From: Candidatus Kaiserbacteria bacterium
GTDB lineage: Bacteria; Patescibacteriota; Minisyncoccia; Phycocordibacterales; Phycocordibacteraceae
DNA: 64,000 nucleotides
Direction of reading: 5' to 3'
NCBI GenBank assembly: GCA_023269035.1
Contig: JAHFMJ010000002.1
Location: 12,671 to 76,670 of the forward strand
The translations under genes and the position numbers were made by a program. The notes below the pieces were generated by a model. It was given only the letters and a program-made list of their open reading frames with translations, ran no database searches and had not been told where the DNA came from. Below, piece after piece: positions 20,260 through 32,773 of the stretch. The stretch's first letter is position 1. Every line of letters starts with the position of its first letter.

Positions 20260-20438
20260 AAATATATTCGGTTGTGCTAACATTGCTGACAGCACGACTG
20301 GAGACAGTAGGTCCCGAAAGGGGTAATGCCAAGGTAGAGAACCGGGCGCCTGCCGAAGTCAAAAAAGGTTAAGGTCGAACCCTTTACCCAGCCCGTGTCA
20401 TACGGGTTTTCTTTTTATAAGGAAAACCCTACACTCTT
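20260..20438 (+). promoter_or_regulatory. structured leader upstream of rplJ (candidate L10 leader or SRP-RNA-like element)
   Basis: A 180-nt non-coding stretch. It contains AGGUCC-CGAAAGG-GGUAAUGCC-AAGG-UAG, reminiscent of SRP RNA domain IV (AGGUCC-GGAA-GGAAGCAGCC-AAGG-CAG). Its position is also that of the rplJ leader autoregulatory site. Confidence 0.25.
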
Positions 20439-20936
20439 ATGGCAATTACAAAAGCAAAGAAAGAATCGCTTCTCAAAGGCACCGCTGATGCGCTTGCGCA
20501 GGCGGTGTCGATCGTATTCGTTTCCTTCACGGCTGTGACGGTCGCCGAGGTCAACGAATTGAGGAACGCGCTGAAGAGCGAAGGTGTCAAATACACGGTG
20601 GTGAAGAAGACCCTGCTCAAGAAGGCGCTTACCGAGAAGAACTATGAAGGAGAGATGCCCGAGCTTCCCGGCGAGGTCGCCTTTGCGTACCTCACTGTAG
20701 GGGATGACGTCACGGCTCCTGCGCGCACGCTCCAGACGTTCGTCAAGAAATTCAAGGAAAAATTGATGTTCCTTGGTGCAGTGATGGAAGGGAAGTACCT
20801 TTCCCGCGAGCAGACACTAGCGGTCGCGACTATCCCTCCGGTTCTGGTATTGCGCGGGATGTTCGCCAATATTATTAATTCTCCGATACAGCGTTTCGCA
20901 ATAGCGCTCGGAGAAGTAGCTAAGACAAAGATATGA
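20439..20936 (+). CDS. rplJ: 50S ribosomal protein L10
   Basis: [45 protein letters not shown]… is typical of L10. Confidence 0.9.
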   Translation: MAITKAKKESLLKGTADALAQAVSIVFVSFTAVTVAEVNELRNALKSEGVKYTVVKKTLLKKALTEKNYEGEMPELPGEVAFAYLTVGDDVTAPARTLQTFVKKFKEKLMFLGAVMEGKYLSREQTLAVATIPPVLVLRGMFANIINSPIQRFAIALGEVAKTKI

Positions 20937-21295
20937 CTCAGGATGAAATAATCAATGCAGTAGAGAAGATGAACGTCATGGAACTCAATACGTTGGTAAA
21001 AGCGATTGAGGAGAAATGGGGCGTTTCCGCAACCGCCGTCGCCGCTGCAGGCCCGGCCGCAGGCGGCGAGGCAGCAGAAGAGAAGTCGACCTTCACGGTC
21101 AAGCTTACCGATGCCGGCGCGCAAAAGATCGCCGTCATCAAAGTGGTGAAAGAGGCACTTACGCTTGGCCTCAAGGAAGCGAAGGATCTCGTTGACGCCG
21201 CTCCGTCCGTCCTCAAGGAAGGAGTGAAAAAGGAAGACGCACAGGAGTTGAAGAAGAAGGTAGAAGAGGCTGGCGGTAAAGTTGAATTGTCGTAA
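20933..21295 (+). CDS. rplL: 50S ribosomal protein L7/L12
   Basis: N-terminal dimerisation helix, an Ala/Gly-rich hinge ([15 protein letters not shown]) and the C-terminal domain ([28 protein letters not shown]…). Confidence 0.9.
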   Translation: MTQDEIINAVEKMNVMELNTLVKAIEEKWGVSATAVAAAGPAAGGEAAEEKSTFTVKLTDAGAQKIAVIKVVKEALTLGLKEAKDLVDAAPSVLKEGVKKEDAQELKKKVEEAGGKVELS

Positions 21296-21314
21296 GAAAC
21301 CTTCCGTAGAGCCA

Positions 21315-21348
21315 TCGCAAAAACGCCCGAAAGGGCGTTTTTGCTTTT
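21315..21348 (+). terminator. rho-independent terminator after rplL
   Basis: Hairpin aacgccc-gaaa-gggcgtt followed by a T-run. Confidence 0.6.
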
Positions 21349-21375
21349 CATCACCGCACAGGTACAATAGCCTGC

Positions 21376-21942
21376 ATGTTCAGAGATGTCGTCCGGCTGT
21401 TAACCTCCACTACCCGCGCCAAGCTTCTCAAGTTCTTTCTTTTCCAGACCGATGGTCGAGCGAACCTCGCTACTACGGTGGCCACACTTGGGCTGAAAAA
21501 GAGTCCCGTAGAGAAGGAACTTTTGCAATTGGCCCGCATGGGCATTCTTATCAAAAAGCAGACAAAAGATAAGATTTTTTTGGTTAACTATGCGCACCCG
21601 CTCGTTGAGCCTCTTCGCATATTTCTTGAGGCGACAACACTGCCCACTGATCGCGAGATCAAAGACGCATTCCGCGGCGTCCGCGGCCTCTCGCTCCTCA
21701 TCGCTAGCGGCGCTCTTGCCCGCGAAAGCCGCAGTTCCATAGACCTGCTCATCGTGGTGGCAAAGAATCCCCACGATCCGCATATCATCCAGGCGGTTAA
21801 GCGTGCGGAACGGCTCAGTGCGTTGCCGCTGCGCTACGCGGTATTTGCCGCGAAAGACTACGAAGAGCGCATCCAGGCCTATGACCGGCTCCTCCGGGAC
21901 GTCTTTGAATTTAGCCACCGGATCATCATCCGAGAGACCTAA
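21376..21942 (+). CDS. hypothetical protein: N-terminal winged helix plus C-terminal minimal nucleotidyltransferase-like domain
   Basis: 188 aa. The N-terminus is ArsR-like wHTH (TRAKLLKFFLFQ…ATTVATLGLKKSPVEKELLQLARMGILIK). The C-terminus has a GS…D.D-like pattern (SGALARESRSSIDLLIVV). Confidence 0.4.
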   Translation: MFRDVVRLLTSTTRAKLLKFFLFQTDGRANLATTVATLGLKKSPVEKELLQLARMGILIKKQTKDKIFLVNYAHPLVEPLRIFLEATTLPTDREIKDAFRGVRGLSLLIASGALARESRSSIDLLIVVAKNPHDPHIIQAVKRAERLSALPLRYAVFAAKDYEERIQAYDRLLRDVFEFSHRIIIRET

Positions 21943-22029
21943 AGCGATATTCACACGAGGGGGTTAGAGTGCCCTCCTTCGTGGTACCCTTTTGTAAGGG
22001 GACACTCCCTTTACAAACCATTTAATTAA

Positions 22030-22737
22030 TTGATTAATACCTCCATGCTTATTCAAACGTGGGCCGATGTATTGACGCACTCGTTCCAGAACCTCACGAA
22101 CGGTATCGTCAGCTTCGTCCCGAACATTATCGTCGCAGTCATTATCTTTGTCATCGGCTGGCTCGTCGGAGCCGCGCTCGGTCGCATCATCGAACAGGTG
22201 GTGAAGTCCATCAAGCTTGATAGCGCGCTCAAGTCGACCGGTCTCAATGAGGCAGTCGAGCGCGCGGGATTCTCGCTTGATTCAGGGGCCTTCCTCGGCG
22301 GACTGGTGAAGTGGTTCTTTATCATCGTCTTCCTGATGGCTTCTTTGGAGGTCTTGGGACTGACGCAGGTCAACGCATTCTTGCAAGATGTCGTACTCTC
22401 GTACCTCCCGCACGTCATCGTTGCCGCACTCATGGTACTTGTTGGTGCTGTTCTTGCAGAAGTTGCGAAGGAAGTCGTTTCCGGTGGAGCAAAAGCCGCT
22501 GGCGTACGCTCGGCAGGGCTCGCCGCGAATTTCACCAAGTGGGCGATCTGGATATTCACTATCCTTGCTGCACTTGATCAGTTGCAGGTTGCGACTGCGT
22601 TCGTACAGACGCTCTTCACTGGCATCGTCGTTGCGGTAGCGCTCGGCCTCGGCCTCTCCTTTGGCCTCGGTGGCCAGGAGGCTGCTTCTCGCACTATCGA
22701 AAAGGTCCGTGGAGAGATCGGCAATCACAAGATGTAG
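22030..22737 (+). CDS. integral membrane protein with repeated 'conserved TM helix' (MscS-associated type) segments
   Basis: 235 aa with four to five TM helices. Repeats of the type (VVKSIKLDSALKS…, AKEVVSGGAKAAGVRS…) resemble the PF05552-like architecture. Confidence 0.45.
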   Translation: MINTSMLIQTWADVLTHSFQNLTNGIVSFVPNIIVAVIIFVIGWLVGAALGRIIEQVVKSIKLDSALKSTGLNEAVERAGFSLDSGAFLGGLVKWFFIIVFLMASLEVLGLTQVNAFLQDVVLSYLPHVIVAALMVLVGAVLAEVAKEVVSGGAKAAGVRSAGLAANFTKWAIWIFTILAALDQLQVATAFVQTLFTGIVVAVALGLGLSFGLGGQEAASRTIEKVRGEIGNHKM

Positions 22738-22755
22738 GAATATAGGTTTTTTCCT

Positions 22756-22784
22756 CAAAAAAGCCCCTTTAGGGGCTTTTTTGT
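22756..22784 (+). terminator. rho-independent terminator
   Basis: aaaaagcccc-ttta-ggggcttttttg. Confidence 0.6.
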
Positions 22785-22920
22785 TGTCCACAGGATGTCC
22801 CCATATGGCCTAAAATAGGCCAGTTTGACAAGGGGGTGCCTGCGGTATACACTCTCTTTTAGGTTTATGAGTACTAACACCAAAGGCACCTAGCGGCTCC
22901 ACGGTAGTCTAGTGACTTTC

Positions 22921-22971
22921 GCGGCCGCATGAAGCGGCCTTTTTTGTTCCTCGCAAACCAGTTCGTTGACA
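22921..22971 (+). promoter_or_regulatory. terminator hairpin plus CGTTGACAAC promoter-like module upstream of 23S
   Basis: gcggccgc-atgaa-gcggcc followed by TTTTTT, then cgTTGACAac. The same hairpin-plus-CGTTGACAAC arrangement recurs upstream of the 16S at 35841-35887. Confidence 0.4.
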
Positions 22972-23024
22972 ACACATCACAAAGAGAACACCGAGCATAA
23001 TTAAGTAAACGTGAAATAACGTTT

Positions 23025-26390
<3,366 letters not shown>

Positions 26391-26443
26391 TATAATTATG
26401 CTCGGTGTTCTCGGTGTGATGTGTTGATACGTTGAGTGTTCAG

Positions 26444-26553
26444 TTCTGGTGGCTTGTCAGTGGGGTCATACCTGTTCCCATTCCGAACACAGAAGTCAAG
26501 CCCACGAGAGCCGATGGTACTCCGCAAGGGGGAGAGTAGGTAGTCGCCAGAAC
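26444..26553 (+). rRNA. rrf: 5S ribosomal RNA
   Basis: UCUGGUGGC…CCGAACACAGAAGUCAAGCCCACGAGAGCCGAUGGUACU…GAGAGUAGGUAGUCGCCAGAA, with helix I pairing at both ends. Confidence 0.85.
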
Positions 26554-26572
26554 CGAGTACTCAACATAATAA

Positions 26573-26610
26573 AACCCCATCCTGAGCATAGTCGAAGGGT
26601 GGGGTTTTGC
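26573..26610 (+). terminator. rho-independent terminator after 5S
   Basis: aaaaccccatcc…gggtggggttttgc hairpin plus a U-tract. Confidence 0.5.
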
Positions 26611-26625
26611 TATGATGTAGGGGAT

Positions 26626-27366
26626 ATGCGTTGGGCCACGAAAAGAAAATTACTCTATGCGTTCGGTGTTGCGCTCGTTCTTCTCGTACTTGCCGGCGTT
26701 GCTTGGTTCGCCTTCTTCTATCACTCGCCCACCTGCAGTGATGGCGTGATGAATCAGAACGAAGAGGGGGTCGACTGCGGCGGCCTGTGCGACAAGCTTT
26801 GCCAAGCACCGAAGGTCTCTGCACTCTGGGCGCGCGCGGTTAACGTGGCGCCGGGCGTCTACCATGCGGTTGCGCTCGTACGGAACCCGGAGGCGAATGC
26901 CGGCACGGAGAGCCTCCCGTACACATTTTATCTTTATGATGCAAATAATATTCTCGTCGCACAGCGCGAAGGCACGATGTTTCTCAATCCCGGAGAGGAC
27001 GTGCCGCTCTTCGAAGCGAATATCCTTACTGGCTCGCGCATCCCAGTCAGAGCATTTGCCGACTTCGGTCAGGCAACCTGGAAGCGGATGGAGCGGCCAC
27101 AGAACCCTCTTGCGATCGTCTCCCAAACGCTTGATGAAAAAACACTCAAGCTTATCGGGACCGTTGAGAATACAAGTCCGCTTGCGGTCAAAGCGGCCCT
27201 GGTGACCGCGCTGCTGTATGACGCTGACGGCGTCCTGGTTACCGCGTCGCAGACCTCGCTCGCGACGCTTGCCGCGCATGATCGGCGCGCGGTCACCTTT
27301 ACCTGGCAAGTACCCTTTGTAAAACCCATAGTCAGGGCCGATATAGTCGCACGCGTGCAGCACTAG
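26626..27366 (+). CDS. hypothetical membrane-anchored Cys-rich protein
   Basis: The tracked ORF 26449-27366 overlaps the 5S gene. It was trimmed to the ATG at 26626 (MRWATKRKLLYAFGVALVLLVLAGVAWFAFFY…). A TM anchor is followed by CSDGVMNQNEEGVDCGGLCDKLC. Confidence 0.45.
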   Translation: MRWATKRKLLYAFGVALVLLVLAGVAWFAFFYHSPTCSDGVMNQNEEGVDCGGLCDKLCQAPKVSALWARAVNVAPGVYHAVALVRNPEANAGTESLPYTFYLYDANNILVAQREGTMFLNPGEDVPLFEANILTGSRIPVRAFADFGQATWKRMERPQNPLAIVSQTLDEKTLKLIGTVENTSPLAVKAALVTALLYDADGVLVTASQTSLATLAAHDRRAVTFTWQVPFVKPIVRADIVARVQH

Positions 27367-27372
27367 AGACGT

Positions 27373-28488
27373 ATGCAGATCCTACGTCGTACCGATTGGC
27401 TGATGCTCGGGAGTGCTGTGCTCATATCCCTTGCGGGCCTCGTAACGATGTACGGCTTTGGGACCGGAGGAGTTTTTGCTCCGCACCAGCTTATTTGGAT
27501 AGCCGTCGGACTCTCCGTTTTTTTTTCCTTGAGCGCTCTTGATCTGCATTTTCTACGCCGTACGGGCGTAGTCGTTGCTCTCTACTGTTTTGCGGTCTTT
27601 CTTCTCATACTTCTCTTTGCTCTCGGTTCCGTATTCCACGGAGCGCAGAGCTGGTTTAATCTCGGCGGCTTTGCGATACAGCCGGCCGACCCGGCGAAAC
27701 TCGCGCTCATCCTGGTCTTGGCAAAGTATTTCTCCCGGCGGCATATAGAGATCGCGCACGTCAGGCATTTGCTCGTCTCGGGCGCCTACATGTTCATTAT
27801 TTTCGCGCTCCTCTTTTTTCAGCCTGATTTCGGTTCGGCCGTCATTGTGGCGGGCTTATGGATGGCAATGGTCCTTGTCGCCGGTATCCCGGTCCGCCGG
27901 CTCCTAGTGCTTGTCGGCGGCGGTCTCGCTCTCGTTGCGCTCTTGTGGGTTTTTGCATTCGCACCCTATCAAAAGGCCCGCATCATCACCTTTCTCCACC
28001 CGCTCGCCGATATCTCAGGCGCCGGGTACAACGCTTTTCAATCAACGGTCGCGGTCGGATCGGGAGGACTCTTAGGGAAGGGGATCGGCTACGGCACGCA
28101 ATCACGGCTGCAGTTCCTCCCCGAGCATGAGACCGATTTTATCTTTGCTGCCTTTTCTGAAGAGTGGGGGCTTATCGGTACGCTCATCTTGCTATCGATT
28201 TTCGGGCTCTTGCTCTATCGGTTAGTAGATAATGCACGGCAAGGCGCGAGCAACTTCGAATCGCTCTTCGCGCTCGGTGTGGCCTCGCTTTTTCTCATTC
28301 ACGCCATCATCCATATCGGGATGAACATCGGTTTGCTCCCGGTCACTGGTGTGCCGCTCCCGTTCATGAGCTACGGCGGCTCGCACATAGTCACCGGCTA
28401 TGCGATGCTCGGTATTGTCAACGCCATGCGCCGCTACAGCCGCTCGGTGCATGATGATGAGCGGCATGAGTTGGTGGGGGTCAGTTAA
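27373..28488 (+). CDS. SEDS-family peptidoglycan polymerase (FtsW/RodA)
   Basis: 371 aa with about ten TM helices. Conserved blocks GYNAFQSTVAVGSGGLLGKGIGYGTQ, ETDFIFAAFSEEWGLIG and PFMSYGGSH are present. Confidence 0.85.
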   Translation: MQILRRTDWLMLGSAVLISLAGLVTMYGFGTGGVFAPHQLIWIAVGLSVFFSLSALDLHFLRRTGVVVALYCFAVFLLILLFALGSVFHGAQSWFNLGGFAIQPADPAKLALILVLAKYFSRRHIEIAHVRHLLVSGAYMFIIFALLFFQPDFGSAVIVAGLWMAMVLVAGIPVRRLLVLVGGGLALVALLWVFAFAPYQKARIITFLHPLADISGAGYNAFQSTVAVGSGGLLGKGIGYGTQSRLQFLPEHETDFIFAAFSEEWGLIGTLILLSIFGLLLYRLVDNARQGASNFESLFALGVASLFLIHAIIHIGMNIGLLPVTGVPLPFMSYGGSHIVTGYAMLGIVNAMRRYSRSVHDDERHELVGVS

Positions 28489-29615
28489 AATTTGTACAGG
28501 GCTTCTGTTTCTCGTAACATCTTTTCGAACGTAAAGTTTTCGGAGACGTGTTTATTTAGTTTTCCTGCGTATTTTTGACGCAATTCGGGATTATCTTTTA
28601 GCCTTTGCAGTGCAGTAGCGACTTGCTCTACACTACCTCTTTTAACTAGGAGTCCCGAGACTTCGTTCTGCACGATGTCGGGGATACCGCCGACGCCGCT
28701 AGCAATAACAGGGAGCCCCGCGAGGCCAGCCTCCAAAAGCGCATAGGGTAAGCCCTCTTTTTGGGAAGTAAGGGTGTAGATATCAAAGGCCTTTAGGAGC
28801 CGGCGCGCGTCAGGAATGAATCCGGCAAAATAAACCCGTTCGTGGATCTTCAGATCTGCCGCAAGTAGTTCTAATTGCCCGCGCTCTTCTCCCGCACCGA
28901 CGATGATAAAGGAGAGATCGGGCACTTTTGCTATCGCGCGTATGGCGGTATCTAATCCTTTGTTCCTCGTTAGCTCTGAAATAGTTCCGACCCACAGAGC
29001 GTCGCTCGGAACTAGTTTCCCTACAGCTTTCGAGATGTTGTCTCGGGCATCATCACGGGACGTGAGGGTGAACGGTCTGACGCCGTTATGAATGAGGCGA
29101 ACTGATTTTTTCTTAAAGAGTGCGGGTGCGGTTTTCAAATCCTTTTGCGATACGACGATGGTCTCGTGAGCGAGTAGGACCGTTACCCATGAGCTGATAT
29201 AAATGAGAAACTTTTGCAGGAATGGCCTCTTTTCCTGATGTGGCCAACCATGTGCGGTGAAAATTATTTTTTTTACGCCCGCTATGCGCGCCGAGAGAGC
29301 GCCAAGCCCGCCCGCTTTCGAGCTGTTGAGGTGGACGATATCGGGATGCTCAGTACGGAAAAGCTGAATAAGGAAAAAGAATGCACGAACCTCTTTCATA
29401 AACGAAACATCGCGTTCAAGGTGGGGGATACTCATCGTCGGTATTCCGGCATTGCGGAGCATATCGGCCAGTACGCCTTTCCCACCAAAAGCGACGGTCG
29501 CGTTGAAATTGTCTTTCGGCAAAGCTGTCGCCAGCTCGTACACATAACGCTGCGCCCCGCCGAACGGAGTGCTCTTGGTGACGAGGTAGAGGATCTTTTT
29601 TGTTCCCATAGCCAT
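28485..29615 (-). CDS. glycosyltransferase family 1 (GT4-type)
   Basis: 376 aa with the GT-B fold C-terminal signature (…EGLPYALLEAGLAGLPVIASGVGGIPDIV…). Confidence 0.8.
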   Translation of the reverse strand: MAMGTKKILYLVTKSTPFGGAQRYVYELATALPKDNFNATVAFGGKGVLADMLRNAGIPTMSIPHLERDVSFMKEVRAFFFLIQLFRTEHPDIVHLNSSKAGGLGALSARIAGVKKIIFTAHGWPHQEKRPFLQKFLIYISSWVTVLLAHETIVVSQKDLKTAPALFKKKSVRLIHNGVRPFTLTSRDDARDNISKAVGKLVPSDALWVGTISELTRNKGLDTAIRAIAKVPDLSFIIVGAGEERGQLELLAADLKIHERVYFAGFIPDARRLLKAFDIYTLTSQKEGLPYALLEAGLAGLPVIASGVGGIPDIVQNEVSGLLVKRGSVEQVATALQRLKDNPELRQKYAGKLNKHVSENFTFEKMLRETEALYKF

Positions 29616-29697
29616 GAAACTTCTTCCGTGCCCTCATGGTAGCAGAGACATGCGTGCTTTTCCGCTCTCATTTTCTCGTGTACCATATGCGGAAACG

Positions 29698-31023
29698 ATG
29701 CCCATAACCCTCCGTCGCGAATCCCTCACGCTCTTCGTGGGGGATATGGTCTTCCTTATCTTGTCGCTCTGGGCGACCTTATTTCTTCGATACGCAGACA
29801 TACCGACGAGCGAGATTTTCTTCGTCCACCTCCTCCCGTTCTCGTTCCTTTTCCTGCTCTCAGCGCTGGTCTTTTTCATCGCGGGTCTCTATGAAAAGCA
29901 CACCCTTCTCTTTAAATCCCAATTACCTGAGACCATCCTTTATGCCCAAGTCGCGAATATTGCCGTCGGCGCCATATTCTTTTTCTTCGTGCCGTACTTC
30001 GGCATCCAGCCGAAGACCAACCTCTTCATCTATCTTCTCCTCTCAACGCTTTTTGTCTCTCTTTGGCGGCTCTACCTCGTGCCTTTTCTCTCGCTCGGTA
30101 CGCGTGCAGAGGCGCTCCTCATTGGCGAGGGAAGCGAGTGCGAGGAAATAATGGGTGAAGTCAACGGCAACAACCGCTACGCCATACGCTTTGTTGGCGG
30201 ATGCGTTCGCCCTGACGATGTGCGTACGCATGAGGCGCTCGCTCGCCGTACCCCGGCAGTCTCCGTCGTCGTGATGCCCTTCTCGTACGGGGCATTTCTG
30301 CCGGAGTGGGATGCGCTCATGTTCTCTGGAGTGCGGTTTGTCGACTCGGCACGTTTGTATGAAGACCTCTTCGATCGTGTCTCGCTTCCCCTCGTCGATC
30401 AGCGTTGGTTCTTGGAAGAGCAGACGCGCACGCGCACCATCATCTACGCGTTCGCAAAGCGTTTAATGGATATAGTAATTTCCGCTTTAGCGCTGGTTGT
30501 GCTCTCGCCGCTTTTCATTCTGGTCCTCTGTATATTTTCGTTCAGTTATGGCCACCCGTTCATTTTTCAAAAACGTGTCGGACAAGGCAATAAGGAGATT
30601 AGAATAATAAAATTCCGCACGATGCTCTTTGACGACTCCGGCGACCCGGAGAAGCAGAAGCAGAATCGCATCACACGCTTCGGTGCCTTCCTTCGCAAGA
30701 CGCAGATAGATGAGATGCCGCAGTTCTGGAACGTGCTTCGCGGCGACCTCTCGCTTATCGGGCCGCGCCCTGAGATCCCTGCGCTCGTCGAGGAGTACAA
30801 GAAGCAGATACCTTTTTATGACATGCGTCACCTGCTTCAGCCGGGCATCTCAGGCTGGGCGCAGATCAAGCACGCAAGCCCGCCGAAGTTCAGCGTCAAC
30901 GTCGAGGCCACGAAGAAGAAACTCTCATATGACCTCTACTATCTGAAGCACCGCTCGTTCCTCCTTGATCTCATGGTCGTCCTTCGCACAATCAAAATAA
31001 TCCTTTCGCGTGCGGGAAGGTAG
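29698..31023 (+). CDS. polyprenyl-phosphate sugar phosphotransferase (WbaP/CpsE-type 'bacterial sugar transferase')
   Basis: N-terminal TM helices plus the C-terminal PF02397-type block (RFGAFLRKTQIDEMPQFWNVLRGDLSLIGPRPEIP…QPGISGWAQI). The start was trimmed to the ATG at 29698. Confidence 0.8.
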   Translation: MPITLRRESLTLFVGDMVFLILSLWATLFLRYADIPTSEIFFVHLLPFSFLFLLSALVFFIAGLYEKHTLLFKSQLPETILYAQVANIAVGAIFFFFVPYFGIQPKTNLFIYLLLSTLFVSLWRLYLVPFLSLGTRAEALLIGEGSECEEIMGEVNGNNRYAIRFVGGCVRPDDVRTHEALARRTPAVSVVVMPFSYGAFLPEWDALMFSGVRFVDSARLYEDLFDRVSLPLVDQRWFLEEQTRTRTIIYAFAKRLMDIVISALALVVLSPLFILVLCIFSFSYGHPFIFQKRVGQGNKEIRIIKFRTMLFDDSGDPEKQKQNRITRFGAFLRKTQIDEMPQFWNVLRGDLSLIGPRPEIPALVEEYKKQIPFYDMRHLLQPGISGWAQIKHASPPKFSVNVEATKKKLSYDLYYLKHRSFLLDLMVVLRTIKIILSRAGR

Positions 31024-31033
31024 AATAGTTGCT

Positions 31034-31945
31034 ATGAAAACATCTCGGAAAGCGATAGTGACGGGCGGTGCAGGGTTTATTGGCAGCAACCTCTCTCACG
31101 CGCTCTGTGAGGCCGGCTGGGAGACGCACATCATCGACCGGGATCCTTCGTTCCGGCGGGCTACACTTCCGAAGGAGGCACAACTCCATGAGGTAGACAT
31201 CCGTTCATGCGAGACGATAGAAGCTATCATGGCGGGCGCTGATGTAGTTTTTCACACTGCCGCCGTGCCTCGCGTCCCGTATTCGATAGAGCATCCTGTC
31301 GAGACGACCGATGAGAATATCACCGGGACGGTCTCGGTGCTCACTGCCGCAGCGCGTGCAAAGGTCCGTCGCGTCGTCTACTCCGCTTCTGGGTCTGCCT
31401 ACGGCAACCAGGAAACATTACCGCTTGGAGAAACATTGCCAGCAAACCCCGTCAATCCTTATGGATTACAGAAGTATGTCGGTGAGCTTTTTGCCAAGAT
31501 GTGGTCAGAGATCTATGGCATTGAGACGGTTTCCCTGCGCTACTTCAACGTCTACGGACCGGGCCTCGACCCCAACGGCCCGTATGCCCTTGCTATCGGA
31601 CGTTTCCTTAGTGCGCGGAAAAACAACGAGCCGATAACCATTTACGGCGATGGCACGGTGACGCGCGACTTCACCCACGTCAGCGATGTGGTCCGCGCCA
31701 ACCTCCTTGCGGCAGAGAGCGGACGGGTGGGGAAAGGCGAGGTGATAAATGTCGGCGCTGGGCGCAACGTCTCTATCAAAGCGCTTGCGGATATGTTTGG
31801 CGGAGAGGTTGTGTATGCTGCGCCACGCATCGAGGCGCATGACTCGCTCGCCGATACCAAAAAGGCAAAGGAGCTCCTCGGCTGGGAGCCGCGCGTACGC
31901 CTTGAAGATGGTATCCTGGAACTGAAGAAGTTATTCGGCATATGA
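31034..31945 (+). CDS. NAD-dependent epimerase/dehydratase (UDP-sugar 4-epimerase-like)
   Basis: Rossmann GxxGxxG motif (VTGGAGFIGSNLSHAL) and a YxxxK-type SDR signature region. Confidence 0.8.
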   Translation: MKTSRKAIVTGGAGFIGSNLSHALCEAGWETHIIDRDPSFRRATLPKEAQLHEVDIRSCETIEAIMAGADVVFHTAAVPRVPYSIEHPVETTDENITGTVSVLTAAARAKVRRVVYSASGSAYGNQETLPLGETLPANPVNPYGLQKYVGELFAKMWSEIYGIETVSLRYFNVYGPGLDPNGPYALAIGRFLSARKNNEPITIYGDGTVTRDFTHVSDVVRANLLAAESGRVGKGEVINVGAGRNVSIKALADMFGGEVVYAAPRIEAHDSLADTKKAKELLGWEPRVRLEDGILELKKLFGI

Positions 31946-32748
31946 TCATTGACGGCAGAGCTCTCGCAACACAGAGAACAGAAGAGGTACGAAAAGAGCG
32001 CGGACACTTCGGCGCTCTTTCTCTTGGTGTCATCATCGCGACGACCGATACGGTCACGAGCTCCTATGTCGGCATAAAGAAGCGCGCCGCAGAGGCTCTT
32101 GGCATAACAGTGCAAGAGTATCGCCTCCCGGGTACGTGTTCTGAGGTTGACATAGTCAATGCGGTAAAAAGCGCCTCGGTGCACGACGGCATCATCGTAC
32201 AGCTCCCGATACCGAAAGAGATCGATATCGACCGCATCAAAGATGAGATACCTATCCGCCTCGACGTCGATGTCTTGAGTAGCGCTGCGTTTGCTGAATT
32301 CTCTGCCTGTACATTCTCCGCGACACCGCCTGTTCCCGCAGCCATGCGCTATGTGCTTGAGCAGAACAAGGTGCAAATTTCTGGTGCCAATGTGGTCATT
32401 GTCGGTGGCGGGAGGCTCGTGGGCAAGCCGGCAGAGGTGCTGTTCCGTTGCCTCGGTGCACACACGAAAATACTCATTAAAGGCGATGATGTCGCGTCCT
32501 TCACAAAAGATGCGGACATCATCGTTCTCGGTACGGGAGTTTCTCACTTGCTCAAACCAGACATGGTCAAGCAGGGCGTGGTCATTCTTGATGCCGGCGC
32601 TTCCGAACTTGGAGGAAAGCTGACCGGCGACGCCGACCCGGCCTGCGCCGAGAAGGCCGCACTCTTCACTCCCGTCCCCGGGGGCTTAGGCCCCATCGCT
32701 GTCGTCGAAATCTTCGCCAACCTCGTCGCGCTAAAGAAAGGGGTTTGA
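31942..32748 (+). CDS. folD: bifunctional methylenetetrahydrofolate dehydrogenase/cyclohydrolase
   Basis: MIIDGRALA… and conserved blocks (IIVQLPIP, VVIVGGGRLVGKP, PVPGGLGPIAVV) are present. Confidence 0.9.
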   Translation: MIIDGRALATQRTEEVRKERGHFGALSLGVIIATTDTVTSSYVGIKKRAAEALGITVQEYRLPGTCSEVDIVNAVKSASVHDGIIVQLPIPKEIDIDRIKDEIPIRLDVDVLSSAAFAEFSACTFSATPPVPAAMRYVLEQNKVQISGANVVIVGGGRLVGKPAEVLFRCLGAHTKILIKGDDVASFTKDADIIVLGTGVSHLLKPDMVKQGVVILDAGASELGGKLTGDADPACAEKAALFTPVPGGLGPIAVVEIFANLVALKKGV

Positions 32749-32773
32749 TTTTAGGCACTCGAGAAGGCATACT

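Noticed and set aside
22966-23000. Canonical -10 element for the 23S promoter
   Set aside because: TTGACA is clear, but no TATAAT-like hexamer sits at 16-18 nt spacing. CATAAT lies 24 nt downstream. Only the -35-like motif is reported, with low confidence.
26449-26625. N-terminal 59 codons of tracked ORF 26449-27366
   Set aside because: They overlap the 5S rRNA gene and its terminator. The ORF was trimmed to the ATG at 26626, which is followed by a TM anchor.
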